Below are positions 61,084 through 64,000 of a stretch of 64,000 bases of DNA, one piece after another. The stretch covers positions 124,001 to 188,000 of the forward strand of contig NIVC01001071.1 in the NCBI GenBank assembly GCA_002269645.1. Direction: 5' to 3'. Within the stretch, counting starts at the first letter, position 1; each line of letters starts with the position of its first letter. A model generated the notes under the pieces. That model had not been told where the DNA came from. It did not search any database and worked only from the letters and a program-made list of their open reading frames with translations. Both the position numbers and the translations under genes were made by a program. This DNA is from Macrostomum lignano (Eukaryota).

Positions 61084-62143
61084 TCGGTAGCTCGTTCGAG
61101 CCAGCTTCCAAGCTTTCAATAATTTCAGAGCTCCGGCAAGCACAGAACCGCAGGGGCCGGGCTCGGTTGGCTTGCCGCTCGCCAGAAGCGACTAAATAAA
61201 GTCAATTTGAGAACCTGGGCTCCGGCAGAATCAACAAGGCGACAGATCGGGCCGGATTGTCGCAATAAATATTGAATTTTGAATAAAAAAATCTTGCACC
61301 TGTTCGTCTGCTGCTGTCAGCTTGAGTAATACGATTGACAGGGCTGTCTGAGTCTGCAGCACCTGTCTTGCATCCAAAGGCTATTGTCTCAGCTTCAACT
61401 TTCCTTAAGTACGCGCTTGATTGACTTTAGCAAGCTTTCATCGATCATGAATTGCGTTGCGAGTTGACGATAATTATCATCTCTCAAGGAGGGATATCTG
61501 TTGCCAGATCGTAAAGACAGTTACTGTGAGCTTCAGCATATATTCATAAAAGCCAATTAAACTGATAGTGCCTGAAAAACCGTTTGTGTAAGCAGCTGAC
61601 GAGCGGACATACAGCTGTTGTAATTTTAATTCAATTGCAATTGCGCCTTCTCTAACTGTTTGCAAAAAATCAAAGCCTAATATGTTGTCAAGCGCCATCT
61701 TTGTACGAGTTGTTTTACTCATAGTAGTATAAAGTGCGTTACTAGACTCATTTATTGCACTTCTCCCTTGCTCCCCTTACTCCAATTGAATACCTGAATG
61801 CGGTGCAATATTGACGCCAGTCGCACTTTTTAAACGTTTCCAACAAAGTCCTTACATACGTGTTTCGACAAACGCAAGAAACTGAAACAGTGCAAGAGCC
61901 ATCAGACAAATATTGCTTGCAAAACAAATTTGAACTCGTTATATTTATTTTTGTTTCAGATTCAAAAAACAGCCTTCTTACACGCAAACGTGTATACTTC
62001 TTTTAAAGTTCGAATTCTCTGCCAGAATTCACCAACAACAAAGGGTATTTAACCCAACTCAGAAAATGTTTCAAATTTAAAACTTTCACCCAGGCGCAGT
62101 GCTAAAAAGATGCACTTTCTTGATATTCTCTTTTTTCCGTTTG

Positions 62144-62884
62144 TCAGTCAAAGGGCGACAGGCACTCGCACAGGCCGGCTCTGTTGGTGTTGGAATTCAG
62201 GGCGTCTCCCAAGCCAGTACGGGCGAAAACCGCGTCCTCATTGCCTCCTACGTCATTGGGCTCTCCGCTGGCCCACAGGCTGGCGTCGAAGCTGATGTTG
62301 CAGGCCACCCAGCGCCAGCTTCCGTTGGGCTCCGCACTGCCCGGAGTCTGGAAGCCGCCGATCCACATGGAGACGCCGAAACCCTTCGTGCTGTAAACTT
62401 GTCCGATGGCAGCCAGCTCGGCGCTGTCGATCACGTCCGCCATGATCACCAGACCGCTCTCCGACTCGCACCTCTGTCTCTGCACTGCCCAGGTGTTAAC
62501 CGCATTGAACAGCTTGTACTTCACTCCGCAGTGGTCGTCTCCGTAGTCGGACGGACACAGCGCACCCGGCTCGAGTCCCGGCTGCTGCTTCACGAACACC
62601 CGGCCTCTCCTGGAGCAGCCGCAGTCCCTCACCGACTTGCTGCACTTGTCGAACACGAACAGCTGGCACGGACCGTCAGCCAGGCTGAACGCCTGACAGT
62701 GCGGCTTCATGCTGCAGAGCATCGAGCACTCGAGAACAGTGCCAAAGCTCGAGAAATTTCTTGTAAACTCGGGCTTGACACACAGGAATCCAGTAATTTT
62801 CGCATAGATGTCATTCAGTGAGCCTTGGCAATGAGCCTGCAGCAGAAGTCTCAGTGATAGAATTAGCAGCAACGTCTTTGACAT
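62144..62884 (-). CDS. Secreted PAN/Apple-like + C-type lectin protein, paralogue 2 (intronless)
   Basis: Signal peptide MSKTLLLILSLRLLLQAHCQG; same architecture; WIGG, WASGEPND. Confidence 0.87.
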   Translation of the reverse strand: MSKTLLLILSLRLLLQAHCQGSLNDIYAKITGFLCVKPEFTRNFSSFGTVLECSMLCSMKPHCQAFSLADGPCQLFVFDKCSKSVRDCGCSRRGRVFVKQQPGLEPGALCPSDYGDDHCGVKYKLFNAVNTWAVQRQRCESESGLVIMADVIDSAELAAIGQVYSTKGFGVSMWIGGFQTPGSAEPNGSWRWVACNISFDASLWASGEPNDVGGNEDAVFARTGLGDALNSNTNRAGLCECLSPFD

Positions 62885-63684
62885 CTTACCGAACTAGCAA
62901 TGCATGTTCTAGGTATTGCCAGTTGAATTCTACTTTTCTATATTTATAGACAAGTTCTTCGAATTTTGGCTATGGGTGGCATCAGTGGTTTCATTTCTGT
63001 TCTGTTCTTATAGACTTTCGGGCAGCTTTAGTTTTTCTGATTTTCTGAAAGCTTTTACTGAGTGTGTCCGATGAAGCCCATCAGTTACCCATCAGCTGCA
63101 CGTTCAATTCTGTGAGAGTCTGCAAACAATGCGCTCTTCCTTGGCTTTCACTGTCTTCCTGCACGCATGACTGCTGAGTCCTGTCCTGCAGGATGCGAGC
63201 TTCACGTGACAGTGCCATCGTCTCACTCAATGTCTTGTGTTTCCTTTGCCCAAACTTTTAATTGACTGAAAGCATCTTTCTTTCTAATCTTCTGTTGGTT
63301 GCTTAGCAACCGATGAAATAGACAGACAGACAAGCTGAAGTCAAGCGGGTTGACTCATGGCCATGCATGTATTAGCTATGCCCAACGAAGTTTGTCTGCA
63401 ATTTTATACGTCGTCTACCTCTACTGTTAGTAGTACGATTCAAGTGCAAATAGATTTTTATATAGTTAAATGATGAATGTCCGTGATTTAATAATTACAT
63501 AAACTGTCTGGATTTTTGGAAATATATTCTAGTAATAGTTTTTTCTAACCACCCATTTGGCTGATGCACGCCTACTAGTAAGCTGTTTGCAAGCACATCT
63601 TGTTGATTACGAGCGGGTGGCAATAAGTTTTCGCATGCACAAAGTGGGAAAGTGATGTACTCTATTTGTGCATACGCACACAAC

Positions 63685-63870
63685 AATCTCATCACCTGAC
63701 GGAGGAGCAAAGGTGGCTGCTCAGACTCACTCGGTCTGGGAAATCGTCAGTGGTGATGAATCCTGGATCGACAGTTTCGACCCAGAGACCAAACAGCGTC
63801 GGCCCAGTGGACATCAGTTGGACGCGTCCCACCAATGAAGCTGCAGCGAAATAGGAGCGTGGCAAAGCAT
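63685..63870 (+). mobile_element. Decayed mariner (Tc1/mariner) transposase fragment
   Basis: Across frameshifts it reads HHLTEEQR, then EIVSGDESWIDSFDPETKQ, then SAQW, then PMKLQRNRSVAK. This matches the mariner WVPHxLT...IVTGDExW..YDPETKQQS.QW pattern. Confidence 0.8.
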
Positions 63871-64000
63871 AGATATTATATAAGATCTATTGGTAAAACT
63901 GAAAAACTCGTTTCCACTCCAGATGCTAATTATAGAACTCCTTGCATTCAAGGAATACGTAAGAACAGCTATGACCACAGACAAAAGTCACCGGTGAGCA

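Overview
Eukaryotic (metazoan) genomic DNA: GC-rich spliced exons (GT-AG introns, standard code, polyQ/polyA tracts) embedded in many mini- and microsatellite arrays. This style is most reminiscent of the flatworm Macrostomum lignano (inference, not verified). Gene models built by hand from splice sites and phases: (1) a class A peptide-receptor-like GPCR on the minus strand (about 7.6-9.4 kb), whose last two exons are tandemly duplicated, with both copies carrying indels at different places; (2) a ZC3H4/ZC3H6-like CCCH protein (8 exons, minus, 17475-27302); (3) YIPF6 (4 exons, plus); (4) an ankyrin-repeat + SOCS-box protein (6 exons, plus); (5) a coiled-coil, possibly SSX2IP/ADIP-like protein (2 exons, minus); (6) two intronless PAN/Apple-like + C-type lectin paralogues sharing a 317-bp identical core. 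The most notable mobile element is a compact Crypton-type (DUF3504) tyrosine-recombinase element at about 10.66-12.32 kb. It has a single 1-nt frameshift in a G run, non-canonical catalytic residues, 12-bp direct repeats nested inside imperfect inverted repeats, and a neighbouring palindromic MITE that shares its GTCTATGG motif. Other elements: a duplicated ~580-bp foldback, a hAT MITE with an 8-bp TSD, tRNA-like SINE heads, a Helitron-like start, a decayed mariner fragment, and a 3.8-kb 23-bp satellite with a ~1543-bp higher-order repeat. No CRISPR, rRNA or intact tRNA was seen. All coordinates were read by eye, with no database searches.
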